Assembly: GCA_965225945.1 (NCBI GenBank)
Contig: CBDDBZ010000039.1
Coordinates: 512,001 to 576,000, forward strand
Reading direction: 5' to 3'
DNA from: Alphaproteobacteria bacterium
Lineage (GTDB): Bacteria; Pseudomonadota; Alphaproteobacteria; GCA-2731375
Length of the DNA stretch: 64,000 nucleotides
The notes beneath the pieces were generated by a model, which had not been told where the DNA came from, searched no databases, and worked only from the letters and a program-made list of their open reading frames with translations. Shown one piece after another: positions 18,928-29,148 of the stretch (the first letter of the stretch is position 1; every line of letters begins with the position of its first letter). Position numbers and translations under genes: made by a program.

Positions 18928-20204
18928 AGGCAACCGATCCACCTGCCGCCCGGTCGCCCAGGTGGGCCCACAGGAACCTCCCACGCGCGGTCCGCCGCCA
19001 GCCGCGTGGTGGGCGCGTCGGCCCGCGCGCGGGCCCCTCCTATGGACTACCTGTACGACCTCCGCCGTGCATCCCCAAAGGGGTCAACATTGCACGCCGA
19101 TAGGGGGTCAATGTTCAACGCCGATTGACAGTCGTCAACGACACGGGCCGTCACTTTGTTGCTGTCGCGGTCTTTCATACCAACAACGGCGGTCTTGCCA
19201 ACTGCACCACGTCCGGTGCCCGCCAACTCTTTGCGCTTGGCCTTGCTCATGTTCTTGCGCTTGCCGCCAAAGTAAGTTTCGTCTACCTCGACCGGGCCGT
19301 CGAAAGGTTCGCCGTTCTCGCCCGCCCACGCTTCACGGATACGGTGCAACATGAACCAAGCTGTAGGCTGGGATACGCCGATATCGCGGGACAGTTTCAT
19401 GCTGGCGACGCTTTTAAGGCTGGTAAGGCACAAGTAGATGGCGATGGCCCACTTGCGAAGCGGGACGTTGGAGCGGGCAATCGGCGTTCCGGTGCGGACG
19501 CTGAAATACGACCGGCAGTCAGAGCACCAATAGGGCATCGGTTTGGCGTTCGGGACTTCGCGCGTCCGAACGCTCCCGCACTTGCCGCAATGCCGCTCGC
19601 CGTCACGCCAGATAACGGACTCGAACCATGCCGTCGCGGCAGCCTCATCCGGGAACATGTCCATGAGCTGGACCAGCGTAACGCCTTCGCGATGGGCTTT
19701 GCCTGGGGCTTTCTGCGTCATGTCCGTGTCTCCCTTCCAACACCTTGGAATATAGGGAGTCAGTCAGCTAATATCAAGTAGTCTTTATAATCCCCCTTCT
19801 TTTTACCCGCCGGTGGCTTGTTCAATCCATCGCTCGACGGTGGCTTGCCGCTGTTCGTGCTGTTCAGGCCAAGCCGGCGCTCGAGTTCACCAAGCCGGAG
19901 TTCGAACTCGGCGAGCCGCGACCCTTGGGCCAGCACCACATCGATCAGCTCGTCTTTCGACAAAAAGGCAAGAACATCCCTATCCATCGAATCCTTAGAA
20001 TCGATCAACCACCCTATGTCAAACGAAATCTAGGCCGTCAGCGCCCCAAACCCACAAAATCTGCCCCCAGAGACCCAATCCGCAGCCTCATCGAAATCAG
20101 CTACCTGGGCAGTTACCAATAAACGCTTATTTCGCATGGTTGGCTGGCGAATTCCTCTTTGGGACGCTATTTTGCCTTTAGCTTCGAGCACGGAGGCACC
20201 GAGG

Positions 20205-20588
20205 ATGTCCAAGTCAACGCCCGACGATCAGCGGCCCGAGGTCTGGATCGGGCATATCGTGCTTCCGACCGACCGGTTGGAGGAGACCGAGGCTTACCTG
20301 CGCGCCGTCGGCATGCGCCCGATCCTGAAGAACGAGCGCCTCGCCATCCTGGAGCTGCGCGCCGGCACGCATCTGTTGTTGAAGACCAGCGACGAGGTCG
20401 ATCCCGGCGACGCCCCCTTCGATCTCATGGTCGACGACATCGACGCCTCGCATGCCCGCATGCAGGCCTTGGGCTTGGCCCCCTCGGAGATCGCGGACGG
20501 CCGTATCCACCGCTCGTTCACGCTGACCGAGCCGGCCGGCCATCGCATCACCGTCAACTCCTCCCACAACTCCGGCCTGCCGGTCTGA
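20205..20588 (+). CDS. VOC/glyoxalase family protein
   Basis: IGHIVL, FDLMVDDIDA, FTLTEPAGHRI. Confidence 0.8.
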   Translation: MSKSTPDDQRPEVWIGHIVLPTDRLEETEAYLRAVGMRPILKNERLAILELRAGTHLLLKTSDEVDPGDAPFDLMVDDIDASHARMQALGLAPSEIADGRIHRSFTLTEPAGHRITVNSSHNSGLPV

Positions 20589-20855
20589 GGACGGCCTCGA
20601 GGCTCGCCGGAGGGCGCGGGAGATCGCGCGCCCGAATCCGTTTCGCAAAATCGTCCGCCGACGTCTTCCGCTGGCTGCGCCGCGTGAACCCGGTGCCCGA
20701 AAACCTGAAGATTTAGAGCCATGTCGGGGGCGAGAAGGCGCGAACCCGGGCCAATTCGGCCCTCGGGTTCGAATCTCGCCGGAAAATTGAGCGGAATCAA
20801 AGACTTGCTGGCGGTGCAGGAAGGCGGGAGCGAACTCGTCTCTACTGTCGGCGGG

Positions 20856-22078
20856 CACAGTACACGACTCGTTCATGCTGGCTTTGGCCTGGGCACCTGG
20901 ACTGGTGGTTTTCCGGGGACGAGGAAACGAATCAGCTCAATGGCTTGACGCCTGTCGATAGGATTGACGAGCTGTCGCCTTATCCACTCGAAACCGTATC
21001 GGAAGATGGATTTTGCCATCCTTTTGTGGGTTTTGAGGCGGATCGGCTCGGCCTCGTGGAGCCAATCGCCGACTTTGTGCGCCCAGCAGAAGGTGATGGA
21101 AAGGACGGCGGTGAGCTTGGAGATGCGCTCCGGGTCGGTCATGTGGGTGTCTTCGAGGTTGAAGCCACGGGTTTTCAAGGCGGCGAAGAGGGTCTCGATT
21201 TGCCAGCGCTGGGCGTAGATGGCCAAGGCCTCCTCGGGCGCGTCGTTGGTCACGACGATCAACAGTTCGCCGGTCTTGAGATGGAGCGCGGCGACGAAGA
21301 CGGGCCTGGCCTTGGGTTTTCTGGCCTCCGAGAGGCGCCTGGCGTTGGAGAGGATGCAGCTTTCCCCGGGTTTGAGGTCGCGAAACAGCTCCCTCGCCTT
21401 GACCATGCGACCACGCGTGTTGGCGATCTTGATGTTGGATCGGATGCGGATGTGAAAGGGGATGGCCTTTTCCTGCAACCATGCCAGCCAGGCGTCGCCG
21501 ATGAATTCCCGGTCGGCCAGGAGGCTGGCGATCTTGTCGACCCCGAAGAGCCGGAGGACGTGTTCGAGGATCGCGATCCGCTCCTTGGTATTGGAATTGC
21601 CCGCCTTGTCGAGCACCCGCCAGCACACGGGAATGGCGATGGCGCGGTTGACGATGCCGATCATCAAGATGTTGACGTCGCGGCGACCCAGCCGCCAGTT
21701 GGTCCGGTCCATGGTCAGCCGCCACGGCCCCGCCTGGAGCCCCATCATCGCGACCAGGAACTCGGCGAGGCGATCGTAATCGAAATCGACTTGCTCGAAA
21801 AACCGTTGCAGGCGCCGATAGTTGGAGCTGGATCGCGCGCGCCCCGGAAAGTGGCAGGCCAAGTGAGAGAGGTTCACCGTCCGGGCGACGAACACGCCGA
21901 AGACCAAGACGCAAAGGCTCTCCAGACGGCTCTTGCGAAAGGCGAAGCCGCATCGTAGCGTCTCACGCAGGGCGTTGATCGGGTTGTCTCGCATGATTTC
22001 CCTCTTGACTCGTCGTGGAGTGAATCGGGAATCCTACAACCTTTTCAACGTCCTACGTAAATGCCGTCGTGTACCATG
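20856..22078 (-). mobile_element. IS4-family element, copy 1 (1223 bp)
   Basis: IRs CACAGTACACGAC / CATGGTACACGAC; 9-bp DR GTCGGCGGG (20847-20855, 22079-22087). Confidence 0.93.
20873..21994 (-). CDS. IS4 transposase (IS10-like), intact DDE
   Basis: MDRTNW, ADREF, YAQRWQIETLFAALK (YREK motif). Confidence 0.94.
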   Translation of the reverse strand: MRDNPINALRETLRCGFAFRKSRLESLCVLVFGVFVARTVNLSHLACHFPGRARSSSNYRRLQRFFEQVDFDYDRLAEFLVAMMGLQAGPWRLTMDRTNWRLGRRDVNILMIGIVNRAIAIPVCWRVLDKAGNSNTKERIAILEHVLRLFGVDKIASLLADREFIGDAWLAWLQEKAIPFHIRIRSNIKIANTRGRMVKARELFRDLKPGESCILSNARRLSEARKPKARPVFVAALHLKTGELLIVVTNDAPEEALAIYAQRWQIETLFAALKTRGFNLEDTHMTDPERISKLTAVLSITFCWAHKVGDWLHEAEPIRLKTHKRMAKSIFRYGFEWIRRQLVNPIDRRQAIELIRFLVPGKPPVQVPRPKPA

Positions 22079-22496
22079 GTCGGCGGGTCAAGTTCCCTGT
22101 TATGCAGGGAAATTACAGGGAAAATTGCCGAATTTGGTCGATATCGGCGGAATCGAGGCCTCAATCGCCGCAGTTTTCTGCCGTTCTTGATGCGATTTCC
22201 CTAACCACCCGAACAGGGAATTATGTCGCCGTATCAGGGAAACAGCAGGGAATTTGTCCTTGCACGGCTCCAAACGACAACCACGGCGTATATCCGTGGA
22301 GGCCGACCGCGATCATCCGAACAGAAGGCATCGCGAAGCGTTGAATGGAGAGGACGAACGACGATCGTGTGCATGTTGGGGACACCATCCAGCCGAGGCC
22401 AAAAACGCCGGGACTTCCGCAACAGACGAGATTTTCAGGAACCACGGGGCTGAAGTGCCAGGATTTCCGCGGCCGACGAGGTTTTGAGGAACGACA

Positions 22497-23064
22497 GGTT
22501 CTCTCGGTCGACGAGAAGAGCCAGATCCAGGCGCTCGACCGCACACAGCCCGGCTTGCCGATCAAGAAGGGCCGAGCCGGCACCATGACGCATGACTACA
22601 AGCGCCACGGCACGACGACATTGTTCGCCGCGCTCGACGTCGCCACCGGCAAGGTCATCGGCCACTGCATGAAGCGGCACCGCCATCAGGAATGGCTGAA
22701 ATTCCTGCGCCGTATCGACGCCGAGACGCCCAAGAAGCTCGACCTGCATCTGATCGCCGACAACTACGCCACCCACAAGCATCCCAAGGTCAAGGCGTGG
22801 TTGGCAAAACATCCTCGCTTCCATATGCACTTCACTCCGACATCCGCCTCCTGGCTCAGCCAGGTCGAACGCTTCTTCAGCCTGATCACCAGCGATCAAA
22901 TCCGTTGCGGCGTGTTCAAGAGCGTCGCCGAACTCGAAACAGCCATTCAGAAATACCTCGAGCACCACAATGCCGATCCAAAACCCTTCGTATGGACCGC
23001 TTCCGCCACCGCCATACTCGAAAAAGTCGCTCGTGGGCGACAGGCGTTAGAGTCGGTACACTAG
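22497..23064 (+). pseudogene. 5'-truncated IS630 transposase with right end
   Basis: [41 protein letters not shown]; ends in ...GTACAC-TAG; HTH half absent. Confidence 0.88.
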
Positions 23065-23156
23065 CACGCTCCGCTCGCCGCCGGGACCGGCATCAAGGGC
23101 GGTTTCAGGACTTTTTTCCGTCGCCCAATCGAACTGTCGGGGCGGTGGCATCGCCT

Positions 23157-24653
23157 TCAGGGGGTCAGGCGGGCGTAATGTTCCCTAAGTCGAACCCCGA
23201 GGGCCCGCGTATGGGAGAGATCGCTCGCGTCGAGTGGTACGCGGGCCCGGCTGGCCGCGTCGGCTGCTTGGGCCTTCAGTTCCTGCTTGTCGAGGTCTCG
23301 GAGCTCGCCCTCGCGATAGAGGACGCGTCCATCGACCATGGTGAGACGAACGTCGCCACCGCTGGCGCGGGCCAGCAGCGCATCGAGCAGCGCCATGTCG
23401 GGATCGAGGTAGGGCTCGCGCACCGCTTCGAGATCGATCGCCACCAAGTCCGCCTTGGCACCGATCCGAAGCGCGCCGGTTTCATGGGCCACTTGCGCCG
23501 CCGCCGCGCCGTTGATCGTCAACATCGCCAGCAGGTCGCTCGTGGCAGGCGGTGGGCTCCCGTGCCAATCCGGCGTCCGCGCCAGCAGGTCGGCGAGCCT
23601 GAGCTCGCGCAGCAGATCCTCGTCATCGGCGAGCGTGGTGTTGTCGGTCCCGATCGCGACCTTGACGCCACGATCGAGCCAGGATGCCAACGGCGCCGCG
23701 CCGTTATGGACTCTGAGGTTGCTGCCCGGGTTGCGAACGATGATGGCGCCTCGTTCGGCGATGTGATCGAGATCGCGATCTTCCACGTACACACCGTGGG
23801 CGAAGACGGTCCGCGCGCTCAAGGCGCCGAGGCGTTCGAGATGCGCCATCGGCCCATCGCGATAGAGCTGGCGCGACGCCGCGCGCTGCGCCGGCGACTC
23901 GACCAGGTGCATGTGCAGCCCCAGACCCTTGGCGTCGGCATCGGCGGCGAGATGGGCCATGAGTTCGTCCGACACCCATTGCAGTCCGGCCGGGCCATAG
24001 CAGAAGCCGATTCGCGGGTGGCCGGCATAATCCGCCAGGAGCCTTTCCATCAACGCCACCGTCGCCTGCCCGTCGCCCGCGTAAGGTCCGGGATACGGCA
24101 CCTCCAGCCAGCGCCTCAGATCGCCCGGCAATGCGGCGAGAAAAGCATCCTCGTTGGGCGGATAGACGACGAAGCCCCTGTCCATGGCACCGACACACAT
24201 GGTGACGCGCATGCCGGCTTCGTCATAGGCGCGAAGTGCGGCGCGGATTTCGGCCTCGTAATCGCCGCTGCCGTAGCTGTAGTTCGCGTGGACCGTTGTC
24301 GTGACGCCGAACTCCAGCATGCAGGCGGCCGCCAGTTTGGTGATCGGATAGGGGTCGAGCGAGCCTCGCGAGCGACGACTGGCGATCCAGAGTTCGAGGA
24401 AGTCCTCGGCGTAGCCGAGCTGGATCTGGCTGAGACCCCGGCCGTGTTGGTGGGCATTCACGAAACCCGGCATGATCAGCGTGCCGGGCAGATCCTCGAC
24501 GCGGGCATCGGCAAAACGCCGGCGCAGCACCTCCGGCGTGTCGATAGCGGCGATGGAGCTACCCGAGACGGCAATGGCGGCGCCGAGCTTTAGCGTTCTG
24601 GGATCCGCCTCGGGCAAGAGGCAGTCCGGAGCGAGAATGATGGCGTCGGACAT
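23157..24653 (-). CDS. Amidohydrolase (SsnA/chlorohydrolase-like)
   Basis: PGFVNAHQH, HMHLVES, AHGVY, IGTDN, GAKADLV. Confidence 0.88.
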   Translation of the reverse strand: MSDAIILAPDCLLPEADPRTLKLGAAIAVSGSSIAAIDTPEVLRRRFADARVEDLPGTLIMPGFVNAHQHGRGLSQIQLGYAEDFLELWIASRRSRGSLDPYPITKLAAACMLEFGVTTTVHANYSYGSGDYEAEIRAALRAYDEAGMRVTMCVGAMDRGFVVYPPNEDAFLAALPGDLRRWLEVPYPGPYAGDGQATVALMERLLADYAGHPRIGFCYGPAGLQWVSDELMAHLAADADAKGLGLHMHLVESPAQRAASRQLYRDGPMAHLERLGALSARTVFAHGVYVEDRDLDHIAERGAIIVRNPGSNLRVHNGAAPLASWLDRGVKVAIGTDNTTLADDEDLLRELRLADLLARTPDWHGSPPPATSDLLAMLTINGAAAAQVAHETGALRIGAKADLVAIDLEAVREPYLDPDMALLDALLARASGGDVRLTMVDGRVLYREGELRDLDKQELKAQAADAASRARVPLDASDLSHTRALGVRLREHYARLTP

Positions 24654-24837
24654 GGTGCCCTCCTCGTTCTGTCGAACACGGGCGGCGAGCCGGCAGGTGA
24701 CGCCGCGACGCGGTGGATTGGGCCGGCACTATAACCTCCGCGCGTCGCGCGCGGGCAGCGGTTTGAAATCGACGGCGCGCGATCGGCTCTATGGTAAGGT
24801 TGCGCCCTGGGCTCGTAATCGGGGATGGAGACGTTTC

Positions 24838-26115
24838 ATGGATAGCTATTCGGACTCCGCGAAAATTCGGAACGAGGTCTCCGAGGAGCGGCTGCTGAAT
24901 TTAGAGCGCGCCTTGATCCGCATCCCGAGTTCCGCCTTCGAAGAGCATGAGATCGCCGACTATCTCGCCAACTACATGTCCGACATCGGCCTCGAGGTCG
25001 AGATGATGACGGTCGAGAACCCTCGCGAAGCGGGCGCCTTCAGCCGACAACCGATAGGCCGTCTAAGAGGAAGCGGGGGCGGTCCCAGTCTGATGCTGAA
25101 CGGCCACATGGATCCGGGCGTGGAAATGCCGGGCTGGTCGGTCGACCCTTACGGCGCCAAGTTCGAGGACGGCTGGGTCTGGGGCATGGGGGCGCACGAC
25201 GACAAGGGCGGCATCGCCGCCATGATCACGGGCGTGGAGGCGGTCATCCGGGCCGGCGCGCCGCTGAAGGGCGACGTTCTGGTCTGTCCGGTGGTGGCGC
25301 ACAAATACGGCGGCGCCGGTACGCGGGCACTGGTCGAGGCCGGTGTTTTGCCGGATCTCTGCATCAACCTCGAGCACTCGGCCAACACCATCGCCAACGT
25401 CTGCGTCGGCATCATCATGGCGCGGATCAAGACCCGGACGCCGGACCTGTTCTTCCGCTATAGCGCCGAGGCGAAAGCCGGCTACTTCAACGCCATCGAG
25501 CAGCAGGCCGAAATTCTGCGCCGACTCGGGTCCAGCCTGGATCCGATTCCCGAGGGTGGTTGGCTCGACTTCGTGGCCCACCCGGATCTACCGGGCTTTC
25601 CGATGCACTGCGTCGACTCGATCCACAAGGAACATTATTATCATACGAACTACACAGGTCTTTCGACGCGCGAATGCGACCTGTTGCTTCAGGTTCGCAC
25701 CGTCCCCGGTCAGACGCTTGCGAGCGTGCGGGCCGATATGATCCGGCTGCTGGACGCTATCGGGGCGGACCATCCGGCCTTCGCCTACGAACTGGCCATA
25801 CCGGCGCCGGGTACCGAGGACGGCTGGTTTCAAGATCCGATGGAGCTGGCCAAGGACCACCCCATGGTCGTCGGCCTGGCGGAAGGCCATCGCTTTGCCT
25901 CCGGCGAGGCCCCCCATGTCGGCGGCATCGGCCGGCTCGGCAATGTCGGCGACGGCAACATCATGGCGGCGGCCGGAGTCCCGAGCCTGCAATACGGTCC
26001 CGGCGATATCCGCATCTATGACGAATGGCCGACCCCGGACGAGCGGGTGCAACTGAAGGATCTGATGATCGCCGCCAAGGCGATCGCGCACGCGGTCCAC
26101 GCCCTCTGCGTTTGA
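24838..26115 (+). CDS. M20/ArgE-DapE family metallohydrolase-like protein (atypical motifs)
   Basis: LMLNGHMD, WSVDPY, GMGAHDDKGG, YGPG. Confidence 0.82.
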   Translation: MDSYSDSAKIRNEVSEERLLNLERALIRIPSSAFEEHEIADYLANYMSDIGLEVEMMTVENPREAGAFSRQPIGRLRGSGGGPSLMLNGHMDPGVEMPGWSVDPYGAKFEDGWVWGMGAHDDKGGIAAMITGVEAVIRAGAPLKGDVLVCPVVAHKYGGAGTRALVEAGVLPDLCINLEHSANTIANVCVGIIMARIKTRTPDLFFRYSAEAKAGYFNAIEQQAEILRRLGSSLDPIPEGGWLDFVAHPDLPGFPMHCVDSIHKEHYYHTNYTGLSTRECDLLLQVRTVPGQTLASVRADMIRLLDAIGADHPAFAYELAIPAPGTEDGWFQDPMELAKDHPMVVGLAEGHRFASGEAPHVGGIGRLGNVGDGNIMAAAGVPSLQYGPGDIRIYDEWPTPDERVQLKDLMIAAKAIAHAVHALCV

Positions 26116-26116
26116 A

Positions 26117-27403
26117 CTATCTGGCGATCAGCTCGGGCATGAAGAGGGCGATGCTCGGGAACGCGATCAGCAGGGCGACCATGATCATCAGGCCGACGAC
26201 GAAAGGGGCGGCGCCCAGCATCACATCGTGCAATTGGCCCCGCCCGCGCACGCCCTGCACCACGAAAAGGTTGATGCCGACCGGCGGCGTGATCATCGCC
26301 GTCTCGATCAGCAGCATGATCAAAATGCCGAACCACACGGGATCGAAACCGAGGCCCACGACGACGGGGGTGATGATCGGCACCGTCGCGATCATCATCG
26401 ACAGCGTCTCCATGAACATGCCGAGCACCAGATAGAACAGCACGATCACCAGCAGCGTGTGCATCGGCGCAAGTCCCACCTCGGTGACATAGGAATTGAC
26501 CTGGGCGGCGAGACCGGTGCTGGAGAGCACCCAGTTGAGGAAATAGGCGCCGATCAGGATCGCCATGATCATCGCGGTGGTACGCATCGTGCCTTCGATG
26601 GTGTCGCGCAGCATCGAAAGCGTGAGGCGCCGCTTCCAGGCCGTCAGGGCGAAGGCGATAATGACGCCCAGCGCCGCCGATTCCGTCGGCGTCGCGAGAC
26701 CGCCGTAGATCGAGCCGATGACGACGAAGAAGATGATCAGCGGCGGTATCAGGTCCGGCAGCGAGCGCCAACGGTCGCTCCAAGTGCTGTCGATGGGCCT
26801 TCCGCCGAGTTCGGGTTTGATCACACAGGCGATGACCACCTGCGCCATGAACACCGCCGCCAAAATCAGCCCCGGTATCATGCCGGCGAGATAGAGCTGC
26901 GGGATCGAGGTCTCCGTGAGCACGCCGTAGACGATCATGTTGATCGAGGGTGGAATCAGGATCCCGAGGGTCCCGCCGGCGGCGATCGTGCCGAGGAAGA
27001 AGCGCTCGTTGTAGCCGTATCGATCGATCTGCTCGATGGCGACGGTGCCGATGGTGGCGGCGGTGGCGACGGAGGAGCCGGAGACCGCGGAGAACAGCGT
27101 GCAAGTACCGATGTTGGAATGCATCAGGCCGCCGGGCAGCCACGATAGCCAATGTATCATGGCGCCATACATCCGCTCGGCGATGCCGGCCCTGAGCAGG
27201 ATTTCGCCGAGCAGGATGAAGAGAGGCACCGCCACCAAGATGACGTCGATGGAAACGCCCCAGGAGATTTCGCCGATCGCCGGGAAGATGCGGCCGCCGT
27301 AATAAATCTGGTCGAGCACGAAGCCGACGCTACCCAGGACCGCGGCGACGGGAATGGAGAGCGCCAGCAGGCCGAGAAGAATGCCGACGGTGATCCAGAT
27401 CAT
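26117..27403 (-). CDS. dctM: TRAP transporter large permease DctM
   Basis: AVPLFIL, SGSSVAT, GGTLGILIPPS, ITPPVG. Confidence 0.93.
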   Translation of the reverse strand: MIWITVGILLGLLALSIPVAAVLGSVGFVLDQIYYGGRIFPAIGEISWGVSIDVILVAVPLFILLGEILLRAGIAERMYGAMIHWLSWLPGGLMHSNIGTCTLFSAVSGSSVATAATIGTVAIEQIDRYGYNERFFLGTIAAGGTLGILIPPSINMIVYGVLTETSIPQLYLAGMIPGLILAAVFMAQVVIACVIKPELGGRPIDSTWSDRWRSLPDLIPPLIIFFVVIGSIYGGLATPTESAALGVIIAFALTAWKRRLTLSMLRDTIEGTMRTTAMIMAILIGAYFLNWVLSSTGLAAQVNSYVTEVGLAPMHTLLVIVLFYLVLGMFMETLSMMIATVPIITPVVVGLGFDPVWFGILIMLLIETAMITPPVGINLFVVQGVRGRGQLHDVMLGAAPFVVGLMIMVALLIAFPSIALFMPELIAR

Positions 27404-28008
27404 TCCTCGCCCTCCGTAATGGGTTCGCCGTCGGCACCATCATCGGCGCCCTTGAGCTCCTGCTGTATCTCCTGCGTGACGGAGCGCGAGCCGATCAGGC
27501 GCGCGACCGTGGCGATATCTCCGCTGACCAGCGCGATGACCGCCCGGGTCAACAACAGAAGTGCGATCAGGACGAACATCGTCAGCCCGATCACCCAGAG
27601 GCTCTGGGGATAGATCAGCGGCGTCGCGATCGGCGACATCGAATGGGCGTCGAAGTCGATCGTGTTCCAGAGCACGCCGTAGCCGTAGTAGGTCACCATG
27701 GCGAGGAAGGCCATGAAGGTCGTCAGGCCGAGGATATCCAACAGCGCGCAGAGCCGGGCCGGTAGCGTGATGTAAAGTGAGTCGATGCGGACATGGGCGC
27801 GCTCCGTCAAGGCGAAGGCGAAGGACCAGGCGCTGCCGATCGCCAGCGCATAGCCCGAAAGCTCGTCGGCGCCGCCTATGGTCCAATTGAACAGCTTACG
27901 GCCGACGACATCGATGCCGATGATGAAGGCGGCGATGACCAGCAGCGCGCCCCCGAACCACGCGCCGAACCGCGAGAGGCGCCGCGCGTAATCAAGCAGG
28001 CGGTCCAT
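27400..28008 (-). CDS. dctQ: TRAP transporter small permease DctQ
   Basis: Four hydrophobic segments, GADELSGY, HVRID; overlaps dctM. Confidence 0.9.
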   Translation of the reverse strand: MDRLLDYARRLSRFGAWFGGALLVIAAFIIGIDVVGRKLFNWTIGGADELSGYALAIGSAWSFAFALTERAHVRIDSLYITLPARLCALLDILGLTTFMAFLAMVTYYGYGVLWNTIDFDAHSMSPIATPLIYPQSLWVIGLTMFVLIALLLLTRAVIALVSGDIATVARLIGSRSVTQEIQQELKGADDGADGEPITEGEE

Positions 28009-28083
28009 GCATCAAACTCTCGGAATGCTAGGGGCCCGCGACGGCGTGCCTTCGCCATCGCGGGCCCGATACCCTTGCGGGGC

Positions 28084-29148
28084 TCAGAGTTTGTCGAGCG
28101 GGATCTTCAGCCCGATCACCGGTCCGACCGTCTCGTTCCACTCCTTGGCGCAGGCCTTGCCGCAGCGCTTGCCCCATTCGACCAGGACGACCTCTTGCAT
28201 CAGCTTCTTGTGCGCCTGCTTGTCGGCCTCGCTCACCGTGACGATGGTCATGTCGGCCTTCTTGCCGAAGTTGCACGGGTCCTTGCCGGTGTTGCAGTTG
28301 TCGGCTTCCGCCGCCGACTGCCCGACCGTCGACCACATGTCGTCCTCGAGGACGGCCATGGCCTTCACGAAGAAGGCCCTCACGTCCGGCGCGAAGCGGT
28401 TCCAGGACTTCAGGTTGACCGCCTGGAAGTTGATGCTCCAGCCGAGATACATCGGCAGGATATGCGTGGTGACCTCGGGCCAGCCGGCCGAGTTGCCGCT
28501 GGTCGTGCCGGTGACGGCGCAATCGACGACACCGCGCTGCAAGGCCGGAACCACCTCTCCGAAGGCCATGGAGATCGACGTGGCGTCCAGGGCTTTCACG
28601 AAATCCGACATGGTCTTGTTGAACACCCGGATCTTCTTGCCCGCCATGTCGGCGATGCCGCTGACCTTGTCGCGACACCAGAACACCTGCGGCGGGTTGG
28701 TGCCGAGAGCCAGCAGCTTGGCATTGAACTTCTGCCCCATCACTCGGTTCATCACCGGCTTCCAGGCATTGCAGACCTTGCGCGCGGTCTGAATATCGAG
28801 TGCCAGTCCGGCGAGATCGCAGCCCTCGAAGACCGGCGCGTCGCCGGCCATCTTGGAGATGTCGCTGACGCCGAAATCGGTAACGCCGAGTTTGATCAGC
28901 CGTAGGACCTGAAAGTCCTTCACGCCCATCAGGTCTTGATGGGCATAATCGGAGGTGATCCGCCCCTTTCCCATCTTGGGGACGGTCTTGCTCCAGAACC
29001 TCTGCTCGACCTCGGCGACATGGGCGACGGTGCTGTAGTTGCCGATCACCTTGACGTGGGTCTTAGTCAACTCCTGGGCCGAGGCCGGGGCGCTCGCGGC
29101 GAGCGCAGCGGCGGCGAGCAACGACGAGAACAATCGAAATGTCCGCAT
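28084..29148 (-). CDS. dctP: TRAP substrate-binding protein DctP
   Basis: Signal peptide MRTFRLFSSLLAAAALAASAPASA, GKKIRV, EVVPALQRGVVD. Confidence 0.9.
   Translation of the reverse strand: MRTFRLFSSLLAAAALAASAPASAQELTKTHVKVIGNYSTVAHVAEVEQRFWSKTVPKMGKGRITSDYAHQDLMGVKDFQVLRLIKLGVTDFGVSDISKMAGDAPVFEGCDLAGLALDIQTARKVCNAWKPVMNRVMGQKFNAKLLALGTNPPQVFWCRDKVSGIADMAGKKIRVFNKTMSDFVKALDATSISMAFGEVVPALQRGVVDCAVTGTTSGNSAGWPEVTTHILPMYLGWSINFQAVNLKSWNRFAPDVRAFFVKAMAVLEDDMWSTVGQSAAEADNCNTGKDPCNFGKKADMTIVTVSEADKQAHKKLMQEVVLVEWGKRCGKACAKEWNETVGPVIGLKIPLDKL

Larger units (their letters stand above)
16586..19130 (+). mobile_element. IS21-family element, apparently intact
   Basis: TG...CA ends with repeated TTGACCCC/GGGGTCAA motifs; 8-bp DR GTCGTCAA (16578-16585, 19131-19138). 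Confidence 0.94.
16191..19721 (-). pseudogene. IS1595 transposase, split
   Basis: Zn ribbon CGKCGS/CSDCRSYFSVRTGT and VEVDETYFGG (19131-19721); VYTDD and HTNGIESFWSMLKR (16191-16585). Confidence 0.92.
15586..19795 (-). mobile_element. IS1595-family (ISNwi-like ends) element with passenger ORF(s), interrupted by IS21
   Basis: IRs GGGGATTATGAATGCTACTTGA / GGGGATTATAAAGACTACTTGA (19/22); 8-bp DR CTTCTTTT (15578-15585, 19796-19803). Confidence 0.92.
14330..19987 (-). pseudogene. tnpC: IS66 transposase TnpC, split
   Basis: N-part LNSTNSGKPPSSDG...GKKK (19796-19987) joins RTRSLRKKSARKPGGQKGHKG...MDETG...CNAHHLREL...FTNNQAEQD (14330-15585). Confidence 0.92.
14303..20116 (-). mobile_element. IS66-family element (single-tnpC type), interrupted by IS1595
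   Basis: Ends GTAACTGCCCAGGTA / TACCTGGGCAGTTAC; 8-bp DR CAATAAAC (14295-14302, 20117-20124). Confidence 0.93.
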
